A DNA stretch of 63,957 nt, filler included, from Octopus bimaculoides (taxonomy: Eukaryota): the NCBI RefSeq assembly GCF_001194135.2. It is 5 parts of 4 records of this genome, joined end to end, with 100 filler letters (N's around TTAATTAATTAA, not from the genome) between each part and the next. Parts side by side here need not be neighbours in the genome. Positions count along the whole stretch, not along the records: positions 1 to 16,368 come from NC_068989.1; 4 more parts are not named here. One strand, 5' to 3'. Shown here one piece after another: positions 1 through 11,214 of the stretch. The translations under genes were made by a program, and so were the position numbers. Numbering within the stretch: the first letter of the stretch is position 1; each line of letters starts with the position of its first letter. The notes below the pieces were generated by a model. The model had not been told where the DNA came from, did not search any database, and worked only from the letters and a program-made list of their open reading frames with translations.

Positions 1-1268
1 TGTGCGTGTATGTGATACAAGGACGTTATATTTTTTTAGGCTTGGATAACAGGTGTTTAGCGCCTTCCCTAGAACATTACTAGTATTAGTAATGTGAAAT
101 ATTCCTATTCCTAAGTTAGGATCGAACCCGTACACAGGCCTAGTTTACTTCGTATTCTGACACGATCACTCTTTGCCAGGGATTTCTTACTATGGCACAA
201 AGCCATGCATTTTGTGAAGATGCTGTCGTCGGTTAAATCGATCCCAATTCTTGAATGGAATCTTATCAACCCCTGTAAGAATAAAAGAAAAAGTTATCCT
301 CGGTGGGATTTGAATTCAAGACCTGAATAAAAACAACTAAATCCCACATGACAGTCACATCACACCACCTACTGCTTCTGCTGCTCATAACAAAACCAAA
401 ACACATTAACTGGAATCGAATATCTGCCAGCCAAGTAACAAGTATTCTATCATTTCTTCCTTATCAGTTTATAATGGGGGAAAAACAGCAAACGCAATGA
501 AAATAATTCGTCGAAGAAGAAATAACCGGTTAAATGACTGAGGCTAATGAAAAACAAATAAAGTATTTTTATCATGAGTCACGCCATAAGCTATGTAATG
601 AAAACACACCAACAGTTACTTTAATGAATTTATAGCGCGTATAGAAACAAAAACTATTGAAACGCAAGTTAGATAATAGTAAAGAAGACAGATACATAGA
701 AAAAAAATCATTTGTATTTAATTGCAGAATATTGCATGTACGAAAACCTGCGCTCTGCCAACAACGGTGAATATAAAAATGTAGTTAAAAAAAGGGGAAA
801 ATCAGAATGCATGTTCTAACGTGCATTGATATGACTTAGAATGAAGGAAAATGACAAACTAGTGAAAATAAATATTAAAATATAAATATATATGAGGCGC
901 AGGCAAGACCGTATGGATTCGAGTTCGATTCCAATGCATTGCACCAAGGTTAAAAAAAGAAACTGTCACAGGAGCCCATAGCCGGACGAAATTAGGTGGT
1001 CTGGCAGATCTGGAGGCTGTAGCAGACAGTTCTCGTCTGTCAACAATATAATTACGATTGTTTTTATGCACCACAAATCCATACGAGAGATCGTGTTAAG
1101 ATAAATAACGCAGTGGTTTGTGTTCTAGCACAACCTCCACATTAAGTTGGAGATCAAGATTTGCTTTTGGTATTAATACTACTTCAGTAGNNNNNNNNNN
1201 NNNNNNNNNNNNNNNNNNNNNNNNNNNNNNNNNNNNNNNNNNNNNNNNNNNNNNNNNNNNNNNNNNNN

Positions 1269-3198
1269 TTATAAAATAGGAATCTGGAAAATTTTTTGGT
1301 ATTATTTATTCAACATTACACATGTTTCATTTACTAATAGGAATCACAAAATTGTACATGTTGGATAAAAATATAAGATATTTTCCGATTAGAAATTCTT
1401 CAGGCACAGAATCAAATAATGTTATTTCCTCTTACAAATTCTTAAGACTCTTTCGACCCACTGTTCATACCATATGTCTCCAGCTTCAATTTCCCATTTC
1501 TGGCAAAGATTCCAGTTAAAACTTTTACTACTTAGTCATGTCTCCATTTCCTATATTCTTCCTGTGCCAACTTGGGGCATTCTGCAACAATGTGCGCCGC
1601 TGTCTCGTTCCAAGTTCCACAAACTCTACATTTTTCACACACATTCTCCCCATATACATCTTTCCTCAAGTTGTTTGTTTTTATCGCTTGATCCTGGGCT
1701 GCTGCAATTAGGCTCTGATTCCTTTATTAATTGCCCTTTTAAAAACCAAGCCCAGGTTTTTGTTCCACATATAACTTCAGTGGCTCTCCAAAATTGACCA
1801 TGCAGAGGTTTCTCTTTAATCAGTCTGACGTGCTCTCTTTCAATTTCATTCTTGTCCTTTTCTCTTATTCTATACTGGATTATCTGTCCCTTATTCACTG
1901 TCTTTAGTAGCTTCTCTGTACTGTTCTGTAAATATTCTAGTAGGTTTTCTTTCCATCTGTACACATTCTTCCACGCAATTAAGCCTCTTCCACCCTGGTG
2001 TCTCTTCAGGTACAGTCGATTGATATCAGCTTACGGATGGTGGGTTTCATGCCTTGTCAACAGCTTTCTAGATTTTCTGTCAAGCTTCTGTGTGTAATCT
2101 TTGGACCAGACTACAATTCCAACTCCATGTCTGATTATCTAAATGCTCTTGCAGTTATTGCTTCAATAAACGTTTTTGAATTCAGTTTTGACTGCAATAA
2201 TTTTCTCATTCTCCTTGTATACTCTCTACTAGTAATTTGTTTCATTTCTTCATGTTTTATTTCATCTGCTTCTAATATTCCTAACTACTTATACCACTGT
2301 CCTTTCTTAACTGTTTTCATTGTTTACCCATTTGACATTTTATTACCCTGGCTTCCTTCAAATCATCCTCGTTTCATTTTCAACATAACGCTCTTTTTGA
2401 TCACAAATTCCTTATCTACGTCATCTGAACAGCATGTTGAAGACTTTCAAGCTGTTTCTCACTTTACGCATAAATTTTTATATCATCTATAAAAAGGAGA
2501 TGGTTTATCCGACTTATTTTCCCAAATCGTAAACTATTTTGACTTGTCACAATATCAAACTAAGCGGTATCATAGCCAGTACAAATAGTAATGGAGATAA
2601 GCTATCGCCTTGAAATATTCTACGACTGATGTTCACTTTCCCAAATCGTTGTTTTCCTTCAATCAGTTCAATATTCCAATGTTTCATACTTTCATTAACC
2701 ATTTTCACCATATTTTCTACCACTCCAAACAAGCTCATTGTTTTACTTATCCATGTCATATGCGGTTTTGTAATCTAACCTTGCTACATTCAGTCCCGTC
2801 AATCTGCGTCTACAATTTCTAATTATCTCTACTTTGTTTCCTGTATCCTTTCTGCTCTTCTGGAAGTAGATTGTTACTTTCTAGATGATTATATAGCTTT
2901 TCCATCAAGATACCACTCATAAGCTTCTACGTAAGTTATAGGTTATAGGTCGAAAATTTGATACCAAGTTACTTTTCAGCGATCCTTGAGACATAACAGC
3001 CTTCGTTCACTTATCATCCACGTTAGGACGTGACCAGGCTGCAGGTACTCATCCAGTTGTGCAGCGATCCTTTCGTGTAACTGTGTAAAGTTCTTCAGCC
3101 AGTTGCTTTGTACTCCATTCCGGGCCAGACCCTTTCCAATTTTTTATATTTTTAAACTTTAGTCTCACTGATGTCCTGCAAACAACTTGCACATGCAA
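1269..3198 (-). mobile_element. Decayed R4/Dong-clade (RLE-type) non-LTR retrotransposon, RT to zinc-finger region
   Basis: Minus-strand frames give RT motif IFQGDSLSPLLFVLAMIPLSLIL (2547-2759), KPLHGQFW...TWAWFLKGQLIKESE (1635-1964) and KNWKGSGP/QSNWLKNFTQLHERIAAQL (~3050-3150). Many stops and frameshifts. The left end runs into an N-gap. Confidence 0.85.
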
Positions 3199-3925
3199 GT
3201 GCTAACAGTGGAGAACTCCACATACCGGAAGCCAGCAAGTGTATGGGGTCATCAGGAGAGAATGCGCACCGTTTCGGGGCCTACCTCTCGATGGCATCAA
3301 TGCGAACCGGCCCCCCTCACTGATATGAAGCCTCGCTTGCTAGATCAACTGGTTATTAAATAAAGTTCAATATTTCTCTAGCCATTGCTCATCGTCTCTT
3401 TTTAACCAAATCCAGTGGCTAGCCTTCTCCACTGTAGTTTGGATATCGGTCATGGTGCTATTTACCTTACGATGAGTTAGGCCTAACGATAACAACAGTC
3501 GTCTCACACTCTGTCCGACAAACCCTCTACATCTGACAAACCCTCTACATCCGACAAACCCTCTACATCCGACAAACCCTCTACATCCGACTTCGATTGG
3601 AAATGCTCCGCTTTCCAGCCTGCGTCTTCACATTCGTTGAGGAGGTTTACATAACGGTCAATCTTTCGAGCCCGAGCAGCGTCCATATTATCTTCATGAA
3701 GAACCGTTAACTCGGCTAGATTCACAACTTTTTTTCCTTCACACCACATTAAAATGTCCGTTTTTTTCGTAACTGGGATGGGAAAGAGTCCCTGACACCC
3801 TGGTAAATCTGCAGTCACCTACCAATTGCCGTTCCACTTTTCATCTCTCACAGGAAGTTTCTTGCTCTTCTTTAAACGAGCGCACGAAGGTAATGAAATC
3901 TCTAGATCGATTCTGATGTCCTTTG
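3199..3925 (-). mobile_element. 5'-truncated HERO-like (RLE) LINE 3' end nested in the R4/Dong copy
   Basis: Frames TADLPGCQGLFPIPVTKKTDILMWCEGKKVVNLAELTVLHEDNMDAARARKIDRY...GWKAEHF and IEVGCRGFV match the PD-(D/E)xK endonuclease style of HERO elements. The 3' UTR is homologous to the copy at 31275-31812 (shared ccggtatgtggag). Confidence 0.75.
3515..3591. repeat. 18-bp tandem repeat (ccgacaaaccctctacat) x~4.3 inside the EVGCRGF motif
   Basis: Units read directly at 3515, 3533, 3551, 3569 and a partial at 3587. There are no spacers. Confidence 0.95.
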
Positions 3926-4150
3926 TCTTGGTACAAGTTGTCTTTGCACTTGTGTTAGCCACTCTGCACTTTCTTAATGTCTCACCGGCCGGTTCCACAG
4001 TTATCCATAAAAATTTTACTTTCTTCTGCATCAGAAATCATTTCCTGATATGACTCCCCCTCTATTTCCCCCAAAAGACGCTTTCTATTTGATTGGAACC
4101 GTTTATTCTGTTCAAAGCAAACACACCTTGCTTGCCGTGCGCGACACCTT
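3926..4150 (-). mobile_element. Upstream part of the same R4/Dong-like LINE (pre-RT region)
   Basis: Minus frames read ...DAEESK(F)...H.ESAEWLTQVQ, typical of the R4 region just before the RT and collinear with 1269-3198. Confidence 0.6.
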
Positions 4151-5047
4151 CACTGTTAACAGTTCTGGTCTCGATAGCGCAGTACTTTTATCGTGACCCC
4201 ATCACTAGGCGGGTTACTAACCAAGGCTTCCACACCTACCCTCGTATAAACTGTTTTCAGTTCCAGCCTCATTCATGTCGTTGTATAATACCTTGTATTT
4301 GACATTTCCACTCATGAGGATTCTGGTGATGAGGTGACGCAACCACTTGTGTTTTTATTGCGACATCATCTCTTGAGGGGTTGCCGATCAAGGCTAAAGG
4401 GACATCCTCATCCCACGAGACAGATTTAATCTTGCCGGACGCCGACCTGGTATTTCAAGGTCTCGGGGTTGGCTTACAGACACTACACCTTGTCCAACGG
4501 TGACCTGAAAGTAGTTGTGGTTAAAGGTAACGTTATTCATCCCACGTCGAGACGCCACAACCCAGGACATATTATTCGTATTAATATTATTTGCTTGTAT
4601 TGTTACTGTCAGTGGTGGTGGTAGTACTATTGTAAACTGTACTGTTCCGTTTAGCGTTATTGCTTTTCTTATTATTTTTCCATGTACTGGCTATTTTTGC
4701 TATTTTCTGTAGTCACGATGGCTTTGTAGTCATTGTTGGTTTTTATTTCTATGATCGTTTTTGCTGCTGTCGTGGTCGATTTTGTCCTTGTAGCCGTTGT
4801 GGTTATTGTTTAGAGTGCTTTCTGTGATCTTGGAATATAGACTGGTAGTGTTCAGCCTGTTAGTTTTGCTGGTCTTATCTATATGGGGGAGTCATTCTGC
4901 GAGGCGGAACTGGGTGTGTGAAATGGTTTTGGTTTGTTATGTCAGGAGGAGAGGGGATTAGCTTGGCTGACTAGTCATATATGTGTCCTGGCTCATTATT
5001 CTAATGGGCTTAGAAGCTGATTGATTCATTCAAAACTACTGTTTGCC

Positions 5048-5050
<3 letters not shown>

Positions 5051-5093
<43 letters not shown>

Positions 5094-5147
5094 CGTCGTC
5101 GACATCGTTATCGTTATTATTATCATTATTATTATTATTATTATTAT
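5051..5147. repeat. (CAT)n + (TAT)n microsatellite at the 3' end of an R4/Dong copy
   Basis: Seen directly. Confidence 0.95.
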
Positions 5148-5937
5148 TCATATACACACAACAGATAAGAGTGTTGGAAAAGAAAAATCCCTAATATCAG
5201 GCTATTACAAGGAACCATAGGGCCAAGAACCCTCTTAAGTATCCTAGTTACTTAAGTATCCTAATTACTTAAGTATCCTAGTTGTCCCTAATAACATTGT
5301 TTTCTGGAGCTGTACTAGACTAGGCTTTATGCCTATTTCCTCTATCCATCTGTTCAAATCTTTGGGGATAGTTCCTAATGCACCTATAACTACTGGAATA
5401 CATTTTACTCGCACTTTCCATTGTCTCTGTAATTCAGTGGCTAGGTCCTGGTACTTTGCTATTTTTTCTATACCTCACATATTGATTTTTTCATCATTTA
5501 GGACTGTAAAGTCAATTATCTGGTACTTTCTATTTTTTATTTGCTACTATTAAATCAGGCCTTCTAGCTTCTATTACTCTGTCAGTCTGAATGTTAAAGT
5601 CCCACAAAATTTTTTATTCCTTACTTTCTAGTACTTTACTAGGTTCATGTTCATACCATTTATCAGTATGGTGATATCCTAGCTTTCCACATAACTTCTA
5701 GTGGTTTACTCTCCCTAGGTTGTCATGTCTTTTCTTGTATCCTTCCTGTGCCAGGATACTACATTCACTTATTATACGAGTAACACTTTCCTCTTTTGAT
5801 TTGCATAACCTACATTGGGAATTTACTTGGTTTTTGTCTATCTTGGCTTTTATCCAATTAATCCTTAATGCTTCATCTTATGCTGCTACTAAGAAACATT
5901 CTGTTCCCCTTTTTCAGCCTTCTTTTCTGCAACCATA
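5148..5937 (-). mobile_element. R4/Dong-like LINE 3' fragment (CCHC finger + RLE endonuclease + 3' UTR)
   Basis: Minus reading ILWDFNIQTDRVIEARRPDL...IIDF...KIAKYQDLATELQRQWKVRVKCIPVVIGALGTIPKDL. It ends against (TAA)n. Confidence 0.9.
5234..5283. repeat. 17-bp tandem repeat (cttaagtatcctagtta) x3 at the end of the RLE ORF
   Basis: Units start at 5234, 5251 and 5268. Confidence 0.9.
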
Positions 5938-6185
5938 ACCGTGTCTTACTACTATGCTCCCCAACTACTTCTGCTCGTAATCAAAGATGCACATATCGTC
6001 AGCCACCAAAGGACGTGGTCAACTGGTTAAGGTCAAACAACTGACAAGCAAATCTGTGGTATTGAACAGAATATTTTCTGTAGCCCATCTTTTATACCAA
6101 GACAAAACATGTATATGACAACACTTCCAATCAGCTTAGATCAGAAGCCATGAGAGCCAGTGCCTGGTACTGCATCAGGGCATTT
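5936..6185 (+). mobile_element. Interspersed repeat with (ATC)n tail; homologous to 38705-39206
   Basis: Shares blocks such as gatgcacatatc-tcagccaccaa, caagcaaatctgtggtattga and gccatgagagccagt-cctgg-actgcatcag with the 38.7-39.2 kb copy. Confidence 0.8.
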
Positions 6186-6419
6186 ATCATCATCATCATC
6201 ATCATGATAACCATCATCATCGTGGTGGTGGTGGTCGTTGCTATCGTCGTTAACGTTATCATCATCATCATTACTATTTTGGTTTTAATCGGTGGGTTTG
6301 ATACAATCACTAGACAGTCATACTCAGCGCCCAAAAGGAAGTGATGATTAAAAGACGTTTGGATGTAATCGAAGGTCTGTGGCGGGAAAGCGGAAAGGAT
6401 AGTACAAAAAAGCATTCAT

Positions 6420-7670
6420 AAAATACAATACAGAACGTTTAATTCAAGTTGAAAGATTTTTTTCTATGAATGTGTTACTTGTCAATATAATCATTTGGAT
6501 TTCTGTGCGATAAGGTTTCTCTGGGATGCTATCTAGATATTTTTGACATCTCTTTTTTATGGCAGTTTTTGATTTAAGATATCACATCATTTTTATTTCA
6601 ATTTCCAGATTCTTATATTTACCGAGCTTGGCAAATTCCTTAACAAATATTCTTATCAGTGGGACACTTACAGCCATCATTTTACAAGTATTTTCTTTCC
6701 TGTCTTTAATGATTATGTCAGATTGATTATTCTGAATTGCTCTGTCAGTACTGACAGTAAAATCCTAGAGGATGGTAACATTTTCAACCTGGAGTGTCGA
6801 CTTGATAGTGTTTACATATTTTTCAATGTAAATATTGTCCTACCTTACTGTGGCGATTTTTATATCCGTTTGGTATTAGCACAGGACAGCTTAAAACAAG
6901 ATGGTCAATTGTGTCAACAAATTTCATGCAGAATCTGAATTTTGGGCCTGCATCGTTTTTAAGAATATTTGTCTGGTAATTTCTGGCAGCACTAGACCAA
7001 ACTTTGGTCTTGTGCCGCCATTATGAAGAATTCAGTCTCTGCTTCAAATTCTGAATTACTCTGTCATTGATGGGTTGTTTCCTGCATTTTGGCCTCGAAG
7101 AATATATTGTCCAAGCATGAACTTCTGGTGCCACCATTCTTCAAGTTGCTTTCGTTCGTTCTTTTTAGTAGTGTGTTTGATTCTTTTTGCCTGCTTGGTA
7201 GCAGTAGTTTCAGGTTCTTCATAAATTCAGGATTAATATGAAGTTCCCTTACCAATTTACATGCTTTCTTGAGAACAGAATGTAACTTTTTGCTGATTTC
7301 ATGTTCGTACACAAAAGCAATATCTAGCCTTTTGTACTAGATAGGTATATGTTCATTCCTATAGCAGAGGTTTTATGACAGAGTTCGAATAGTGTCATTA
7401 TTCTTCCTCCGCTGATTCTAGATAGGTACAGAGGCAATGGTTCTTACCGATCCACTTAGGCTGGACCTCATGGACCTGGTGACAAGCTCAGCCGTCCTGA
7501 TGAGGTCTAGCTGGTGTGAATATTTCTTTCTCTTGGCTACAGATGTAATTTTCTCACCTAAATTCTCCATGTCTTTCCCGACTTCGAACACAGAGTCCTT
7601 CTTTGCTCAAGTGCTGCTAATATCCGAGCCGCTGCGGTAGGCAGTTAAAGCCACGAACTTGACTAGCTTA
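6420..7670 (-). mobile_element. Internally deleted R4/Dong-like LINE (different subfamily)
   Basis: Minus frames AETEFFIMAAQDQSL, RFCMKFVDTIDHLVLSCPVL..GYKNRHSKVGQYLH, TIL*DFTVSTDRAIQNNQSDIIIKD and KYKNLEIEI. The RT core is missing. Confidence 0.8.
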
Positions 7671-9308
7671 AAATTTTTTGTTTCATACTGGAATCTGTCA
7701 TATTGATATTGTCAATATGTCTAAAAGAGAAAAGAGAAATTTAAAATTTAGAGCATATCGCGTAATATTTCATTAGATCGTTTTCTATTTACTGTCCGCT
7801 AAAGTTTGTTCACAAATACTCTCACTGTGTGTGTGTGTGCGGGCGCGCGTATGCCTGTATGTATATACATACTCTGATACATACTCTGATACATACATAC
7901 ATACATACATACATGCACATGCACACACATGCATACACATNNNNNNNNNNNNNNNNNNNNNNNNNNNNNNNNNNNNNNNNNNNNNNNNNNNNNNNNNNNN
8001 NNNNNNNNNNNNNNNNNNNNNNNNNNNNNNNNNNNNNNNNNNNNNNNNNNNNNNNNNNNNNNNNNNNNNNNNNNNNNNNNNNNNNNNNNNNNNNNNNNNN
8101 NNNNNNNNNNNNNNNNNNNNNNNNNNNNNNNNNNNNNNNNNNNNNNNNNNNNNNNNNNNNNNNNNNNNNNNNNNNNNNNNNNNNNNNNNNNNNNNNNNNN
8201 NNNNNNNNNNNNNNNNNNNNNNNNNNNNNNNNNNNNNNNNNNNNNNNNNNNNNNNNNNNNNNNNNNNNNNNNNNNNNNNNNNNNNNNNNNNNNNNNNNNN
8301 NNNNNNNNNNNNNNNNNNNNNNNNNNNNNNNNNNNNNNNNNNNNNNNNNNNNNNNNNNNNNNNNNNNNNNNNNNNNNNNNNNNNNNNNNNNNNNNNNNNN
8401 NNNNNNNNNNNNNNNNNNNNNNNNNNNNNNNNNNNNNNNNNNNNNNNNNNNNNNNNNNNNNNNNNNNNNNNNNNNNNNNNNNNNNNNNNNNNNNNNNNNN
8501 NNNNNNNNNNNNNNNATATATATATGCATATATAGGGTAAATATATGTGAAGAAGAATGTATTGTTTATAATATTTGCGTAGGTGTTATTCTAAACAGCA
8601 GTAGTAGTAAAGTAAGGGAGGAGATGGCGGAAAGGAAGAAGAGATATCTCAAGAATTCAACCACTACAACCGTCCACAACAAGTCACTTTCAGGGCACTT
8701 GACCATTTAACATCCTACTACTGTCATAGCACTTCCTCCTCCTCCACATACGCACACACACACATATATAACCCTCCTCTCTCCTCCTTCTCTTCTCTCC
8801 TCCGTCTNNNNNNNNNNNNNNNNNNNNNNNNNNNNNNNNNNNNNNNNNNNNNNNNNNNNNNNNNNNNNNNNNNNNNNNNNNNNNNNNNNNNNNNNNNNNN
8901 NNNNNNNNNNNNNNNNNNNNNNNNNNNNNNNNNNNNNNNNNNNNNNNNNNNNNNNNNNNNNNNNNNNNNNNNNNNNNNNNNNNNNNNNNNNNNNNNNNNN
9001 NNNNNNNNNNNCACACCACACTACACCACACCACACCACACACCACTACATCACATCACTTTACCACACACCACCATACCACACCACACCACACCACATC
9101 ACACCACCCCGCACACACTAGCCCTGACCACTTCCAAGCACCCACACCAGCGCACACGCTAGCACTGACCATTTCCCAGCATTTACACCATCATCCACAC
9201 ATCTACACATGCACGCACGCACACGTCAAAGTCACCAGCCCCTTCCACACGCATATACACGCTCTCACATTCAAACGCACACGCACCTTCGTTTTGGAAT
9301 CACCACTA

Positions 9309-9535
9309 CTTTATTATCTCCCCTTCTTCCTAGCTCTCCTGTGTGACCCCTCTGTCCGGCATTTGCCATGATAGATCGCTAGCCACTAAAACGTTTCTAT
9401 TTTCTCTCCCTCTTTATTTCTGTGTTCCTTTCTGTCGAAGAGCGTAGTCTCGAAACATAAAAGACTTTCTCACTTCCCGAGCGTTAAACTAATACATCTG
9501 TTTGTTGTTTACACATCCATCTTCGTCTTTGTTTT
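9309..9535 (+). mobile_element. Penelope-type terminal-repeat-like element carrying a hammerhead-like motif (family HHR-U6, copy 1)
   Basis: Homologous to 40420-40625 (reverse) and 43200-43365. Motif at 9427-9464: ccttt CTGTCGA a gag..ctc GAAAC ATA aaaga. Confidence 0.65.
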
Positions 9536-10484
9536 GTAAATTCTCACTATATATATGTGTGTATATTTATGTATGTATGTATGTATGTATGTATGTATGT
9601 ATGTATACACCCACATGTACATATACACATACTCACACCCACCCACACACACAAAGTGTTTTGTGTTTCTGTTGTGCAACCTATGGTCAAAAGCATTCTA
9701 GCCGTGACGAACACAACTTTTTCGTAAGTGCAAGAAACCCAAGATAACAGCAATATTTTTTTCTACAAGAGACATGACTAATACTACATGGAGATCAGAT
9801 GTCTATGTAGGGGCTCTTTTTCTTCGTTGACTCTCGGTGTCTGTGAGTATACCGGTGTAAACTGGTGTGTAGAGTTGCGTCTCTTTAACCAAGTCGTTGG
9901 ATAATGATCGATAAAATATCTATTAGAGTGAGTTAAGTATTAGGGTAAAAACGAAGTTCTAAAACTCCCGAAGGTTGTACGCCAGCATAGCCACAGTCAA
10001 TACCATATATCAGTTGAAGAAGAAAATAAGTACAAGTATGAAGTAAATGATTATGTATTGAATATAATAGAACATCTTTTAGATAATATGGCAAACGTTT
10101 TGCATTTATGTACATCAAGTGCTTTTATTAAATGTAATAAGCACTCAATTACTTAATGCACTCGTCAGAAACTATATAGTGGAACTTATTTTCATTTGAA
10201 ATTCCATAAATTGTCGTGCAATCACAAAATGCTTGAAAATTTTTATGTCGTGAGCTGTTTCTGAAATAACTTAATGAGACAAATAAGCTAATACATTAGA
10301 GATACGTTTATTGCTTACCCATAACACCATATTAGAGAAGACAAGTAATTTAAGCGAAATATATTCGATGTTTACCAGTTTGAAATGATTGAATAGAAAT
10401 GCAATGAATTTAATCTGAAGATATCGTTAATGAGAAAATATTTTAGAAAACACTGGCATTCCAAAAGAAAACTTCATTATCTTT

Positions 10485-10700
10485 TAACTTTTACTTGTTT
10501 CAGTCATTTGACTGCGGTCATGCTGGGGCACCGCCTTGAAAGTGATGTACTGAGGTCGGACAAATCGAAACCAGTATTTATTTTTAAGTCAGATACTTTT
10601 TTTAAAGCCTGTCGGTCTCTTTTACCGAATCGCTAAGTTACTGTAACGTAAACAAATCAACACCAGTTGTGAAGCGCTGTGTGTGGGGCAAACTCAAAAG
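10485..10700 (+). mobile_element. SINE-like repeat, family B (ttttacttgtttcagtcatttgactgcggccatgctgg...)
   Basis: The same sequence recurs at ~28500-28555, 34066-34150(-), 39740-39955, 47066-47190(-), 48310-48375 and 57230-57390(-). Confidence 0.8.
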
Positions 10701-11214
10701 TACACACACAAAAACATATACATACATGCATACATACATACATGCATATATTCATACATTAACATATGCATACATACAAACGTACATACATACAAACATA
10801 TACATACATGCATATATTCATACATACATACACATACATACGAACATATACATACATGCATATATGCATACATGCATATATACATACATACATATATACA
10901 TACAGACTCACAAACATACGCACACATATATACACATATATATATATATGACAAGCTTCCACGTAGTTTCCATATATCACACAGTGAGACTGAACTGGAA
11001 ACTTGTGATTGCAAAGTGAGCTTCTTAATCGGAGAGCCACGCCTGCACCTACAGAGTTTTGGAAGAGTGTCACGGTTACGTGGTTTCAGGTTCGCTCCTC
11101 TCGCCCAGCAGATTGTGGCTGTATTAGATGTTGCGGTGGAATCCGAACATCTCCATTAATGGATAAATGGACGATTCTGAAATGTATAAATACGCATGCG
11201 TGCAGGAGATATCA

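Noticed and set aside
890-960. tRNA genes (B-box-like GTTCGATTCC motifs here and in SINE heads)
   Set aside because: No complete cloverleaf. These are SINE-derived heads.
3240-3290. Type II hammerhead in the HERO 3' UTR (GAAAC ... CUGAUGA on the minus strand)
   Set aside because: The strands that should form stem II (cccc before GAAA, cccc after CUGAUGA) are not complementary, and no helix III or UH site pairs.
3515-3591. CRISPR-like array
   Set aside because: Head-to-tail 18-mers with no spacers, inside a LINE ORF, in a eukaryotic context.
7620-7680. HDV-like ribozyme at the 5' end of an R4-like copy
   Set aside because: A P3/L3-like hairpin exists, but no matching upstream P1 strand or P2 was found.
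7822-8710. Long ORFs spanning N-runs (also 22.2-23.3, 32.9-33.5, 46.2-47.2, 48.2-49.4, 49.7-50.9, 52.7-53.3 and 60.8-61.7 kb)
   Set aside because: They are open only because N codons contain no stops.
9770-9920. Minus-strand frame ending ...ESQRRKRALHRHLISM* (furin-like site)
   Set aside because: No usable donor and no supporting neighbouring exons. The adjacent ORF (9933-10118) is a degenerate family B SINE.
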